Of a DNA stretch of 64,000 nucleotides, positions 19,481-29,875 are shown one piece after another (within the stretch, counting starts at the first letter, position 1; every line of letters begins with the position of its first letter). The notes beneath the pieces were generated by a model. That model made no database searches. It was not told where the DNA came from and worked only from the letters and a program-made list of their open reading frames with translations. This stretch comes from a virus (lineage: Duplodnaviria; Caudoviricetes). The position numbers and the translations under genes are program-made. The stretch is from the IMG/VR virus record IMGVR_UViG_3300014205_000010, positions 1 to 64,000 of that record. The stretch is one strand, 5' to 3'.

Positions 19481-19879
19481 ATGCCTTATAGAAGTACTAT
19501 GGGCAGTTATCAGGCGCATAAGGATGTCCTCCTTAGTCGCCAATTTGTTCCTGCTGCATATACTTTTGCTGGAGGTGAAAACGGCCCAGTCGCCGCTGAT
19601 GCTGATGGTGATAGATTAATATTTGCAGGCCAGGTAGTTTCTGTTGATTCAGTCACAGGCAAAGCCTATCCTCATAGTGTTGCTCATGCGGCACAGGAAG
19701 TGGTTGGGGTTCTTATAGAAGATGTTAATGTCCGTAATGGAGATGAAGCATCTACAATCATTGTTGAAGGCTGGGTTGATGAAAATCTCTGCATTGACCT
19801 TGATGTCTTTGGCGCAGTAGGCACATCAGCTAAGACAGCTCTTGCCAACAGAGTCAACTTTACGAAGAGAGGGCTGTAA
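19481..19879 (+). CDS. Head decoration protein
   Basis: Between protease and MCP; IFAGQVV, VGVLIEDVNV, IIVEGWVDE. Confidence 0.7.
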   Translation: MPYRSTMGSYQAHKDVLLSRQFVPAAYTFAGGENGPVAADADGDRLIFAGQVVSVDSVTGKAYPHSVAHAAQEVVGVLIEDVNVRNGDEASTIIVEGWVDENLCIDLDVFGAVGTSAKTALANRVNFTKRGL

Positions 19880-20911
19880 ATGATTGCACTTCCTGCTTTT
19901 CTCCAGCAGCCGCAGCTCCAGGGTCTTGTTACCTCGTACCCTATCAATACCAACTACATCGGAGCTAGATGGTTCCCTGAGCAGCCAGTTGCTTCTGACG
20001 AACTGCTCATTAACATTGAAGTTCCAGAGGCTCCAATTGCTCCTTTCATCACTATCGATCAGGAAGCACCTAGAGATCAGCGTGAGATACTGACTCAGAT
20101 GCGTACTTCGCTTGCCTATATAAGATTCAAGGCTGTTTTCCAGGAATCAGAACTTAGAATCTTTGGCCTTCGCGATAGTGACAACAACAACGGTCTCATT
20201 GGTCAGATGCAGAGTGAGGCTCAGGCTAAGATTCTTCGTCATGTTGCTCGTCTTCGACAGGCCGTTGATGCAAGACTTGAATGGCTGAGAATAAACGCTC
20301 TTACTGGTCAAATCGCATATGATGATCAGCGAATTAAGTTTGCTGTTAACTTCCCAGGTATTTATACCGGTGGTGCAACATCATTTACTAAGTGGGACCA
20401 GACTGGTGCAAATCCTCTAGCTGATATTTCAAGATGGCAAGAGGAAATGTCTGACGTTACTGGTGAAAATTTTGAAGTTATGGTCGGTAGCCCAAAGGTT
20501 TTCCGTCATCTTGCTAATGTCACCAATTTCCAGGAATTAGCTCTTTTCAGGGCTGGTGGTTCTGTAACGCAGATAACTCCGAGCATCGCAAGAGCATTGT
20601 TAACTGACTTTACTGGATTAGAGTTTGTTGACTACGCAGCAAAGATAAGTTCCAGAGCTTATGACAGTTCTGGCGTTCCAGCCGTTGTGAGACAGGATAT
20701 TCTTAGTCCGAAGCATATTATTCTTCTACCTAAGGCCCCTGTTGGTAACTTAGCAACGTCTCCAAATCCAATTGATTTTGGTGGTACTGGCCTGTATTCA
20801 TGGACTCAGAACCATCAAGACCCATGGATTTTGGAAACAGGTGTTGGCATTAATGCTTTCCCTGATATGAAGTGGCCTGAAAAGATTGCTTATATCCAGG
20901 TGTTAACCTAA
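19880..20911 (+). CDS. Major capsid protein (phage_cap_E-like)
   Basis: IAPF, RLEWLRINALTG, KWDQTGANPLADI, QDP; 343 aa and position. Confidence 0.88.
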   Translation: MIALPAFLQQPQLQGLVTSYPINTNYIGARWFPEQPVASDELLINIEVPEAPIAPFITIDQEAPRDQREILTQMRTSLAYIRFKAVFQESELRIFGLRDSDNNNGLIGQMQSEAQAKILRHVARLRQAVDARLEWLRINALTGQIAYDDQRIKFAVNFPGIYTGGATSFTKWDQTGANPLADISRWQEEMSDVTGENFEVMVGSPKVFRHLANVTNFQELALFRAGGSVTQITPSIARALLTDFTGLEFVDYAAKISSRAYDSSGVPAVVRQDILSPKHIILLPKAPVGNLATSPNPIDFGGTGLYSWTQNHQDPWILETGVGINAFPDMKWPEKIAYIQVLT

Positions 20912-21451
20912 ATGCCGCATGACTACGTCCAGGTAATAGACATAGAACGAATGGTCAATGGATTAGACATTGACACAGATGGTGGTGTGTCTATTGATCA
21001 AGCTGACCAAGCCATAGCACTCATTGAAGGCGAAGTAAATGGCATGCTTTCTGGAATAGGTATTAGCACCCCAATAAGTGTTACCGCCTCTCCAAAATCA
21101 TGGCAAGTTATTAAGTCTTTAGCAACATGGGGAATCATGGCTTTATCTCTCTCGACTCTTCATTCTCTTATTGATGACACTGAAGGATCGAGAGAAGCAG
21201 CATTCTGGCGTAGATATGATAGAGGTCTGAAAGCCATTATAGATAGTGGAGGTTCAGGCCTTATAGACGCAGAAACGTTTCAAGCCCAAAATGAAAGAAA
21301 TGGCGCTCCTACTATTTCAGATCAGGCTGATAACGTAGATAGATACATAGGTCTAAGAGATCTTTCTAAGCTTAGGCACTATGATAATGAAAACAAAGCT
21401 GCAAGACTCTTACGGGGTAGAGTAACAAGAAATTTTGATGGCGGCATTTAA
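20912..21451 (+). CDS. Head-tail adaptor (Mu gp36-like)
   Basis: Position after MCP; YVQVIDI...EVNGML...RYDRGLKAI pattern. Confidence 0.6.
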   Translation: MPHDYVQVIDIERMVNGLDIDTDGGVSIDQADQAIALIEGEVNGMLSGIGISTPISVTASPKSWQVIKSLATWGIMALSLSTLHSLIDDTEGSREAAFWRRYDRGLKAIIDSGGSGLIDAETFQAQNERNGAPTISDQADNVDRYIGLRDLSKLRHYDNENKAARLLRGRVTRNFDGGI

Positions 21452-21943
21452 TTGTTTGAAAATTCGCCAGAAGCAATCAAGAAGAAAATCCAAGAGATCT
21501 TTAATTTACATTTTCGATCTCATTTGGATTATGTTCATGGTTTATGGACGAATGATCAAATTGAACTAGAAAACTACAGGGATATCTTTCTTGGAAGTGC
21601 CACTAGTGTCAAAGAAATTAAAGCATGGCCATCACTAGCTATTCTTAGTTCAGACGTGTATGCGACCGAAGTCTCTCAACAGGGTAAGGTCATGACATGG
21701 AACACTCAGGTATATCTAAGGACTTTTGTAAGAGACTCGAATGTTACTAGGCTGGATAAAATATTAGATAGGTATTTGCAAGCTCAGCTACATATGTTTG
21801 ATAATTATCCAGCCAGTAATTTAGATGGAATAGCTAAGTCATTAGATTTCATGAGATACGAACCAACATCATCAATTCTACCTACAGGAGCCAGTATTTT
21901 CATTCGAGGAATGGAAACTCAATGGGAGGTACGGCATAGATGA
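21452..21943 (+). CDS. Tail completion/terminator protein
   Basis: Position; WPSLAI motif. Confidence 0.5.
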   Translation: MFENSPEAIKKKIQEIFNLHFRSHLDYVHGLWTNDQIELENYRDIFLGSATSVKEIKAWPSLAILSSDVYATEVSQQGKVMTWNTQVYLRTFVRDSNVTRLDKILDRYLQAQLHMFDNYPASNLDGIAKSLDFMRYEPTSSILPTGASIFIRGMETQWEVRHR

Positions 21944-22407
21944 TTAAACTGAATATTATTTACGACTCAAGAATTGCTGCTAACCGAGTAGTTAGAGGCA
22001 AAAAAGGTTTTGTAGAAATTCAGAGATCTAGCATTCAAGCTGTCGGTAGAAGAGCAACATCAACACTCAAAAACATTTCGCCCAGAAAAACTGGTTCTTT
22101 TGCTAATTCATGGAGATTTAGAACCTCAACTTTCGGTGATTCATATGAGCTTAGTGTTCAAAACACTGATCCAAAAGCATCATGGATTGTCGAAGGAACT
22201 GAGCCACATTTTATATTTCCAAAAAATGGAAAAGCATTAAAATTTCAGTCTAATGAAGGTGGAGATGATATATTCGCAGCTTATGTTTTACATCCAGGGA
22301 CAGAGCCAAATGATCTTTTTGGCAAACTCGATAGAGACCCTGGATTTAGAGGCAGCGTTGAGAATATATTCGACCGCGAAGTCAGAAGATTTGCTTTAAC
22401 TCTTTAA
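21940..22407 (+). CDS. HK97 gp10-like neck protein
   Basis: SPRKTGSFANSW, VEGTEPHFIFPKNGKALKF, VLHPGTEPN. Confidence 0.75.
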   Translation: MIKLNIIYDSRIAANRVVRGKKGFVEIQRSSIQAVGRRATSTLKNISPRKTGSFANSWRFRTSTFGDSYELSVQNTDPKASWIVEGTEPHFIFPKNGKALKFQSNEGGDDIFAAYVLHPGTEPNDLFGKLDRDPGFRGSVENIFDREVRRFALTL

Positions 22408-22416
22408 GGAGGCGAT

Positions 22417-23031
22417 ATGGCCGAGTTTTATCGCGGCGATAATACACAGGTAAAGGCTCGTATTGCTCGAGTTCTTTGGGCGCCAACGACTGGTCCAGCT
22501 CCGACCAAACTGTCGGACGTTATTGACCTATCAACCTATGAACCAAATGCGACGTATCTGTGGGAAGATCTCGGTCTTACCACTGAACCGCTTACTTTAC
22601 CGCATACTATCGACGCTTCGGGTTTCGTTACCCAGCAAAGAGGCGAAATTCGCAAGACTCCACAAGAGACGCGCTTCCTTGGAAGAACTACTCTTGGTGA
22701 AGTAACAATCGCTAATCGTAAGAAGTTTATGGAAGGCGATACTGTTTCTCAGCCTGTGGCTAATGAGAATCGTATGTATCTCGCTAAGCCTAAGGCTCTT
22801 ACTAACTTCAGAATGGCTTTCCTCAATCTTGATGAAGACTCTGGTCTTATTGACGGAATTATATTCCTCAAGGCCCAGATTACAGGTGCTGCCGGCGAAC
22901 AGTCCTGGGCAAGAGGCGCAGCCTCTACTCTTCCGATAGAAGTAGAAGCATATCCAAACGACGATGGCATTGTTACCACTGATACTGGTGCAGCTGTTGT
23001 TAGAATTGACCTGGAACAGGTCACACCATAA
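22417..23031 (+). CDS. Major tail tube protein
   Basis: Strong AAGGAGG RBS; WEDLGLT motif; precedes the chaperone and tape measure genes. Confidence 0.75.
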   Translation: MAEFYRGDNTQVKARIARVLWAPTTGPAPTKLSDVIDLSTYEPNATYLWEDLGLTTEPLTLPHTIDASGFVTQQRGEIRKTPQETRFLGRTTLGEVTIANRKKFMEGDTVSQPVANENRMYLAKPKALTNFRMAFLNLDEDSGLIDGIIFLKAQITGAAGEQSWARGAASTLPIEVEAYPNDDGIVTTDTGAAVVRIDLEQVTP

Positions 23032-23054
23032 TTTGAAATAGGTAAGGCGAAAAT

Positions 23055-23645
23055 ATGTCAGCAAGAGTTTTTGCAAACAAAGAACCTGAAGAGCTATATA
23101 TTTCTACGGAATTGTTTAAAATTCGGCCGCTTCCTTCTAAGAAAGCTATGGCTTTTCAGGATCTATATGGATCTAATCTTGACATCAAGAAAGTTTTAGG
23201 AGAAATAACAAGCGAAATTAATGAAGATACTTCTGACATGGAAACTCTGTCTGTTGTCGGAAAAAAGCTGTTTGATATTAGATATGCTGTTATAGCCAAA
23301 GGTCTTGAAATAGAGAGAGATTCAGAGGATTTTGAAAGACTCAAGAAAGCTATTGATGAAGCTTCATTCAGAGAAATTTTCTGGGTAATTGATCAAATTC
23401 TCGAGATAAATGGCTTTAAGATTGTCGAGAAGATGATTAAAAATTTACTAGTGTCGACGAAGGAGTATCTTCCGAGCAAGGAAACAATACAAGCCTCACT
23501 GAAGAAATTTTCGGAGGAGTCTCAGACGGTAAAGAATCTGAAGGAAAGACTGGAGGACTTACGTTCCAATGGTTCGACTTCCTCGTCATCAGACTCAGTA
23601 GGGAACCCTTCTACCTTAGTTCCGCCTACATTCTTCAAGAATTGA
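23055..23645 (+). CDS. Tail assembly chaperone (G)
   Basis: Between tail tube and TMP; contains in-frame slippery heptamer A AAT TTA at 23441-23447. Confidence 0.75.
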   Translation: MSARVFANKEPEELYISTELFKIRPLPSKKAMAFQDLYGSNLDIKKVLGEITSEINEDTSDMETLSVVGKKLFDIRYAVIAKGLEIERDSEDFERLKKAIDEASFREIFWVIDQILEINGFKIVEKMIKNLLVSTKEYLPSKETIQASLKKFSEESQTVKNLKERLEDLRSNGSTSSSSDSVGNPSTLVPPTFFKN

Positions 23646-23881
23646 CAATAAAAGAAACAATATACTATTTTTGTCAGGCAGAGGATAGATCAAGAGAAAG
23701 AGAACGAGAGGTCGTAGTTCGAGATTTTATGGCCAATATTGGAGCAATGACTAAGGAAGGTCATGAACATTTTATGAAATTCGTAAAGTCATTTGATCGA
23801 CAAAAATCTTGGTCAGAAAGAAAATCTGAATTATCTCCTGGTATGCTAAAGTTCCTCGGTAAGGCAGGCGAAGATGGCTAA
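23441..23881 (+). CDS. Tail assembly chaperone extension (T), reached by -1 frameshift
   Basis: The -1 frame opens right after TAA 23438-23440 and stays open to 23881; it contains ORF 23642-23881. Confidence 0.7.
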   Translation, partial: KFTSVDEGVSSEQGNNTSLTEEIFGGVSDGKESEGKTGGLTFQWFDFLVIRLSREPFYLSSAYILQELTIKETIYYFCQAEDRSREREREVVVRDFMANIGAMTKEGHEHFMKFVKSFDRQKSWSERKSELSPGMLKFLGKAGEDG

Positions 23882-24119
23882 GCAATCTAATATACTATAC
23901 AAGCGAAGGCAACAACAAACTTCTGCCCAATTGAGGGACATGCGGCTAACTACTATACCACAAGCGGAAGATATATTAGCAAACATGCTTATGATGTATC
24001 ATCTTAGTGCTCTTGAAACTTTAGTTTCTGATTTTTCATTCAACAAAGATCAGGTGTTAAGATTTCAAGAGCTGTGTAAGGCCCGATTTGATATAAAGAG
24101 GGCAGAACTGAGAAAATAA
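23874..24119 (+). CDS. Hypothetical protein between chaperone and TMP
   Basis: 81-aa ORF overlapping the upstream gene and abutting the TMP start. Confidence 0.55.
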   Translation: MAKQSNILYKRRQQQTSAQLRDMRLTTIPQAEDILANMLMMYHLSALETLVSDFSFNKDQVLRFQELCKARFDIKRAELRK

Positions 24120-27100
24120 TTGGCTTTCCTGTCACGAATTCTTTTAAAGTCTGAGGCTGACACAAAAGGCTTCAGTGTTATTAGTTCATCAATACGTGAC
24201 TTGGGCAGAGACGCCAATAACTTTCAAAGAAGATTTTTTACAGAAACTGAACGTGGTCTTTCTGGTTTTAACAGAGCCGTTCTTGGCATTAGAACAGGTC
24301 TTTTAGAAACCGCTGGCGGTTTCATTCTTGGTAGTTTAATTCAGCAAGGTACTTCAGCTCTCATAGAATTTGGAAAGAGCTTTATTCAAGTAAGCTCTGA
24401 CGTTCAGCAGTTTAAACTTCAGTTTACTAACCTATTCAAATCTATTGGTTTGAGTGCTGAAGAGGCTGGTGAACAGACTGAAAACGCGTTTGCCTTTGCT
24501 AAAGAAACGGCAAAGGAAACTCCTTTTGATTTACCTGAAATTACTCAAGCTATTCTTAGGCTGGAAACATTTGGTCTTTCAGTCGAGAAAAATCTTGGTA
24601 GAGCAATTGATCTCGCATCAGCTCTTCATGCACCTCTTGAGGAAGTAGTTCAGGCTTTTACTAATCTACAATCTCGTAGATTTGGTGAAGCATTTGAACA
24701 GTTTGCTAGATTTGGTATTGCTAGAGACCTGCTAGAAGGCAAGGGCCTTGAGTTTGACAGGAATGGTTCTTATCAGGGCAGCGTAAACCAGGCTATGACA
24801 GCCGTTCAAGAAATTATTGATGAACGGTTTTCTGGTTTTGCTGAAAGTCAACAAGGCACATTTTCACAATTAACTTCAAATCTTAGAGACATAAGTTTCC
24901 AACTTAAGGAAGCTTTTGGTGGACCGATATTTGAAGGTATTAATGAAGATCTCAATGATTTTGTTAATACATTATCTGAAAACCAAACAACTCTTGAGGC
25001 CTTTGGCGTTGCATTTGGAGAACTATTTGCTGGCGCCAGAGAAACAGCTGTTGATTCATTTAAAGGCATATTGTCCGATGCAATAGATGGGCCAGATGGT
25101 CCAGATGCATGGTTAGAATGGGGTACTAGTCTACTTACTGCTTTTGCTGAAGGTATTCTTGAAGGTGGAAAGTTTGTAATTGAAGCGGCTACTGCTGTAG
25201 CTGAAGGAATTGCATTCTTCTTCGAAGCCTTCTCGCCGCCAAAGGGTGGACCACTCAAGGACATTGATACCTGGGGCGCCAACTTAATGAATACTTTCTT
25301 GGAGGGATTCCAAGAAGGAGATTTAAGTATACTCTCAGATGTCCTTGACGGAGTTAAGGCTCAGTTCGATAGCCTTGTAGATATTGGCGCAATAGATACT
25401 GAAACTCCTGAACAGGATTTCCTCAGGCTGGCAGAGATTATAGTAGAAGGATTTGATGCTATAGCTGCCGGCGGTGAGGGTGCCGATGAAATATTTAGAC
25501 AGCTATCAGAAGTAATTGGTGATTCTGCATTTAAGCTTCAAGAATTAGTTCAACTAGGTCAAGAAGTTGGTGACTTAGAATCTGCTATATCTGCGGCTAA
25601 TGATGAACTTGAGCGGACAAAAGAAGCATTTGATGACATAATAGATGGTCTGCAAGATGAACTTTCTCTTCTTAGAGAACTGGATAATGAAAGAAGAGAA
25701 GAAGAAAATAATGTATGGGATGCTGAACAGGACAGATTAGACGCTGAAGAAGATGCAGCTAATGCGGCTATCGATGCTAGAAATGAAGCAGCCAAAGCAG
25801 CCCAAGCAGCCGCTAGAGAAGCTTCGCAAGCCCAAATTGAGGCTCTTAATGAACAGAAAGAGGGCATAGATGCTGCTGCTGATGCCGCGGTAGCTCTTGT
25901 TGAATCTCAGAGGGACATGAATCTTGCGGCTATCGATGCTGCACAACAAGCTCTTGATGATCAGGTAACAGCTGCTGAGCGAGCTCTTGAAGATTTTGAT
26001 TTTGAAACTGAAGGAATACCAGAACGATTTACCAGACAGAGAAGAAATGAACTTGAAAGAATTGCCTTAATCAGAAAAAGAGAAGCTGAGGATGCTAAGA
26101 AAGCTGCCGAAGCTGAGAAAAAGGCGATTAACGATCAAGCAAAACTTGAAATTGATAATATAAAGAAAAATGCCGATGCTCAGAAAAAGGCGATAGACGA
26201 TCAGATAAAAGGTATCAGGGATGCTATATCTGCTATTGGCGATGAGTATGAGGCAGTAAAAAAGGTAAACAGAGAGCGCGAAAAAAGACCAAAGTTTATC
26301 CCTAATCCGAGAATTAAAGAACTCGAAGATGAGATAGATAAACTTAAAGATCTTCATGAAGATGAAATTGATAGACAGCAAGATATCATTGATGGCCTCA
26401 AAGATGAGAAAGATGCAAAGCTTGACGCTATTGATGCTATCAATTCTGCTTTACAGGCTCAACTAGATCTACAAGACCTTATAGCGGCTGCTCTTAAAGA
26501 ACAACAAGATATTCTTGATAAGATAGCTAAAGACGCTGAAGGTGATGATGGTGAATCAGCTGGAATACTTCCTATTCCAACTGACAGAGAAATAAGCCTA
26601 TTCAATAAACCGCTTGATGATTTCAATGCGAAGCTTGATGAAGCCAGAGCGAAATTAAGCGAACTCATTCCTCAAGATGTTAGAGACGATATCAAGAAGG
26701 ATATAGAGTTCTTCGGTGATTTCTTCCAAGGCCTTCTTGGAATCGCGAACAAAGACGGAGTAGATAGAGAAGGATTTATTGTTGGAAGCAGGTTAAGAGA
26801 AGCTCTTGGTAGAATAAATACTGCTTTCAGAGAAGAAATTATTCCTATTCTAGTTATATTTAAGGATAGCCTAGTAGAAGCGGCTAATCTATTTGGCAAT
26901 ATTCTTGATGGCATAGATAATATGAAGACCAGCGTAGCTGATTTTCTTACATTCTTGGGCCTAGATAAATTGCCTTTCTTTGATAAAATTATCGAGGCCT
27001 TGAATAAACCAATTAGGGAAGATCTTGCGGTAGTTTCTGGTTTCTTGTTGTTTATGAAACTTACCCCATTCTTAAACTTTAAGATACTATTCAGCGTAAG

Positions 27101-29495
27101 TACAACATTACTTGGCCTAGCTCTTAGATTTTTACCTTTCCTTCTAAGTCTCATGGGCGGAAGTGGTGGACTGGGCGCTGCTGGTTTAGCCGCACTGTCA
27201 TTTGCATCAATTCCTCTAGTTATAGGAATTGCTATTCTTATTTCTCTAGCAATTCTAGGATATATATTCAGAAAACCTATAGCTAATTTCTTAGATGATG
27301 TATGGGAATTTCTGAAGTCTAATAAGATTATAGCTGCTGCAATAGCTGGTGTACTTGCTCCATTTACAGCTTTCATCGCTATTCCGCTCACTCTATTCTT
27401 GAAGTTCGATGGACCTGGATTTATATCTAATGTTGTTAACGAGGTTCAAGGGTATGTAGACACTCTTCAAACTAAACTCTCTGATATATTATCTGGTATT
27501 GGTGGAGGAATATCTGCAGTAACTGGTGGAATTGGAGATTTCCTTTCTAATCCAGCTAGTCTTGTATCTGGTTTTTCAGCTGCTATTGTTGGAGTGTTTA
27601 GTTCTACCGTTTCAACGATAACTGGTTTTGCTACTGACGTATTTAACCTCGGTGGATCTGTTCTTGTTGGTATATCTAGTTTCTTCAGCGGAATAGGCGG
27701 TATAATAGGTAATACTGCAAGAGACGTCGGTGGATTTGCAAGTGGTCTATTAGGAGGCATAACATCTTTTGTCTCTTACGTTGGCGGACCACTTGTAGGA
27801 GCTATCGGTAATGTTCTATCATTCTTAGAGCCATGGTTAAATTTCTTTGGCACCATAGCAAGAATATCTGGAGATTTACTAGCTCTTCCATATAATATAT
27901 TTGCAGACTTCTTAAATGTTACTCTTGTACCAATTCTAGAGCTTATTGTTCCTAAGGCTATTGGAGTATTTGTCGGAGCCTTTGGTGCTATTAAACAGCT
28001 TGGTTCAAATATATTTGGTCCAGTTGTAGCAGCTGTTGGTGGAGGAATATCAAAACTAGCCACCATTATTACTGATGAATTTGTAGCCTCCTTTAGCCAT
28101 GCCAAGAATTTTCTTACAGATACATTCTTGCCTGGTCTTGGTTCAGTTGCTTCATATATTGGTGGTGGATTCAGAGATGCATTCACCGGAACTATAACGT
28201 TCCTTACTGAAGACTTTTTGCCTGGTCTTGGCTCAGTTGCTTCTGCTATCGGTGGAGCATTTGCATCTGCATTTACTGGAATTGGAACTCTTGTTACAGA
28301 TGCAGTAACCGGAATACCAGGAGTAATAGAACTCGCGCTTGGTGGTATAACTAATACTATTACCAGTGTTTTTGCTCCTCCATTTAAAGCCTCAATGGAT
28401 GCTGTTGGAGCTATAGTAACTGGTACAGTAGATAATATAATCGCACCAGCTTTTAATAGCATACCTGGTATAATATCTGCAGTAGCTGAGCCAGTACAAA
28501 ATGCTCTTAGTCCAATAACTAGTGCTATTTCTGGTGCGTTCTCTAGTGGCCTTGATTTTATTCAAAATACATTCATACCATTCTTCTTCACAGATCTGCC
28601 AAATACTCTTAATGGATTTGCCAGCAAGGTAGAAGCATTTACTTCTTCTGATTTTCTCAACAGTCCATTTACATCATTTAAGAAACTGTTGACTGATGAT
28701 ATACTTCCATTCCTCGGTACTATACCCGAAACCGTTGGTGGATTCTTCTCTGGTCTTGGTACAACTCTTGCAGGTATAGATTATACTGCTCCATTTTCAG
28801 TTTTTGCTACGTTTATTGAAGAAAGATTCTTCCCACTTCTTGTTTCAATCGTAAATAATATCAGAACCTATGTTACTGGTATATCCACAAACTTTGGAAC
28901 ATTTGTTAGTAACTTTACTGGTCATGTTGGAAGAATGGTCCAAGAGGTTACCAATCTTCCTACGAGGATTGTTAGTGCCGTTGGGACTGGCTTAACAACA
29001 TTGTATAATTTTGGTTATAATGTTGTTGTAGGGTTTATAAACGGTATTAGAGCTAAGTTTACAGATCTTACAAATACTATTCAGGAACTAGTTAATCTTA
29101 TACCTGGGCCGGTTAGGTCAGCTCTAGGATTAACGTCTCCTTCAAAGTTGTTTAGAGGATTTGGTAAGAATATAGTCGAAGGGTTAGTGATAGGATTAAG
29201 ATCAGAAAGTAGTTCAGTTACTGGCATTATGAAGCAAATATCTGATGAAGTATCGAATGGTTTTAGTGTTAAAATACCTGATGGCCAAATTGAGGCCTCG
29301 AGATTCGCCAAATCCTTCCTTGGAGGAGTTGATAGAGAGCTTGCGAGAAGCCCAGCCATTAATGCATTCCTCAAAGCTAATATCAATCAAGTGACTGTTA
29401 ATCAAGAGGGTAATAAACAGCAGATTGTTAAGACTAAAAACAATTCTGATACAGCTAATGTTGTTAGCAGAATCGTTAAGGCGGCAGGAAATTGA
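24120..29495 (+). CDS. Tape measure protein (1791 aa)
   Basis: AKETPFDLPEI, GTFSQLTSNLRD, FSPPKGGPL, long coiled coil, amphipathic repeats, LGLTSPSKLF. Confidence 0.93.
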   Translation: MAFLSRILLKSEADTKGFSVISSSIRDLGRDANNFQRRFFTETERGLSGFNRAVLGIRTGLLETAGGFILGSLIQQGTSALIEFGKSFIQVSSDVQQFKLQFTNLFKSIGLSAEEAGEQTENAFAFAKETAKETPFDLPEITQAILRLETFGLSVEKNLGRAIDLASALHAPLEEVVQAFTNLQSRRFGEAFEQFARFGIARDLLEGKGLEFDRNGSYQGSVNQAMTAVQEIIDERFSGFAESQQGTFSQLTSNLRDISFQLKEAFGGPIFEGINEDLNDFVNTLSENQTTLEAFGVAFGELFAGARETAVDSFKGILSDAIDGPDGPDAWLEWGTSLLTAFAEGILEGGKFVIEAATAVAEGIAFFFEAFSPPKGGPLKDIDTWGANLMNTFLEGFQEGDLSILSDVLDGVKAQFDSLVDIGAIDTETPEQDFLRLAEIIVEGFDAIAAGGEGADEIFRQLSEVIGDSAFKLQELVQLGQEVGDLESAISAANDELERTKEAFDDIIDGLQDELSLLRELDNERREEENNVWDAEQDRLDAEEDAANAAIDARNEAAKAAQAAAREASQAQIEALNEQKEGIDAAADAAVALVESQRDMNLAAIDAAQQALDDQVTAAERALEDFDFETEGIPERFTRQRRNELERIALIRKREAEDAKKAAEAEKKAINDQAKLEIDNIKKNADAQKKAIDDQIKGIRDAISAIGDEYEAVKKVNREREKRPKFIPNPRIKELEDEIDKLKDLHEDEIDRQQDIIDGLKDEKDAKLDAIDAINSALQAQLDLQDLIAAALKEQQDILDKIAKDAEGDDGESAGILPIPTDREISLFNKPLDDFNAKLDEARAKLSELIPQDVRDDIKKDIEFFGDFFQGLLGIANKDGVDREGFIVGSRLREALGRINTAFREEIIPILVIFKDSLVEAANLFGNILDGIDNMKTSVADFLTFLGLDKLPFFDKIIEALNKPIREDLAVVSGFLLFMKLTPFLNFKILFSVSTTLLGLALRFLPFLLSLMGGSGGLGAAGLAALSFASIPLVIGIAILISLAILGYIFRKPIANFLDDVWEFLKSNKIIAAAIAGVLAPFTAFIAIPLTLFLKFDGPGFISNVVNEVQGYVDTLQTKLSDILSGIGGGISAVTGGIGDFLSNPASLVSGFSAAIVGVFSSTVSTITGFATDVFNLGGSVLVGISSFFSGIGGIIGNTARDVGGFASGLLGGITSFVSYVGGPLVGAIGNVLSFLEPWLNFFGTIARISGDLLALPYNIFADFLNVTLVPILELIVPKAIGVFVGAFGAIKQLGSNIFGPVVAAVGGGISKLATIITDEFVASFSHAKNFLTDTFLPGLGSVASYIGGGFRDAFTGTITFLTEDFLPGLGSVASAIGGAFASAFTGIGTLVTDAVTGIPGVIELALGGITNTITSVFAPPFKASMDAVGAIVTGTVDNIIAPAFNSIPGIISAVAEPVQNALSPITSAISGAFSSGLDFIQNTFIPFFFTDLPNTLNGFASKVEAFTSSDFLNSPFTSFKKLLTDDILPFLGTIPETVGGFFSGLGTTLAGIDYTAPFSVFATFIEERFFPLLVSIVNNIRTYVTGISTNFGTFVSNFTGHVGRMVQEVTNLPTRIVSAVGTGLTTLYNFGYNVVVGFINGIRAKFTDLTNTIQELVNLIPGPVRSALGLTSPSKLFRGFGKNIVEGLVIGLRSESSSVTGIMKQISDEVSNGFSVKIPDGQIEASRFAKSFLGGVDRELARSPAINAFLKANINQVTVNQEGNKQQIVKTKNNSDTANVVSRIVKAAGN

Positions 29496-29875
29496 GTGAA
29501 TTTAGAATAGGAAATGCAATTATATCCTTGACAGATTTAATAGATGATCCTCACCCTATAGAGGTTCTTACTCAGCAGATTGGGTTTACATTAGCTGGTA
29601 ACCCAATAAATTCTGCTTTTGAGACTATAATCTGGAGATGGACTAATATGTCTCAACCAGGTTGGAATCAAATTATGGAGTTTTGGAAAACAAACGTCGA
29701 GATAGCTAATCCTCCAGCCCATGTTTATATTACTTCTAGAAAAGAAACTGGTGAAATATTTGAATTTGGAAACTATAAGTGTCGTATGGGAAAACCTGTC
29801 AGCACCGTTGATGCCGTAGTATCTCAAATTAGAAATGGACAGGTCACATTTTATCAGTGTGAGTTATTGTCTTGA
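29492..29875 (+). CDS. Distal tail (Dit-like) protein
   Basis: Position directly after TMP; 127 aa. Confidence 0.5.
   Translation: MSEFRIGNAIISLTDLIDDPHPIEVLTQQIGFTLAGNPINSAFETIIWRWTNMSQPGWNQIMEFWKTNVEIANPPAHVYITSRKETGEIFEFGNYKCRMGKPVSTVDAVVSQIRNGQVTFYQCELLS

Noticed and set aside
26672-28462. Long antisense ORFs (239 aa, 228 aa) within the tape measure gene
   Set aside because: Shadow frames of a repetitive, codon-biased gene; the same applies to most other nested ORFs in the track.
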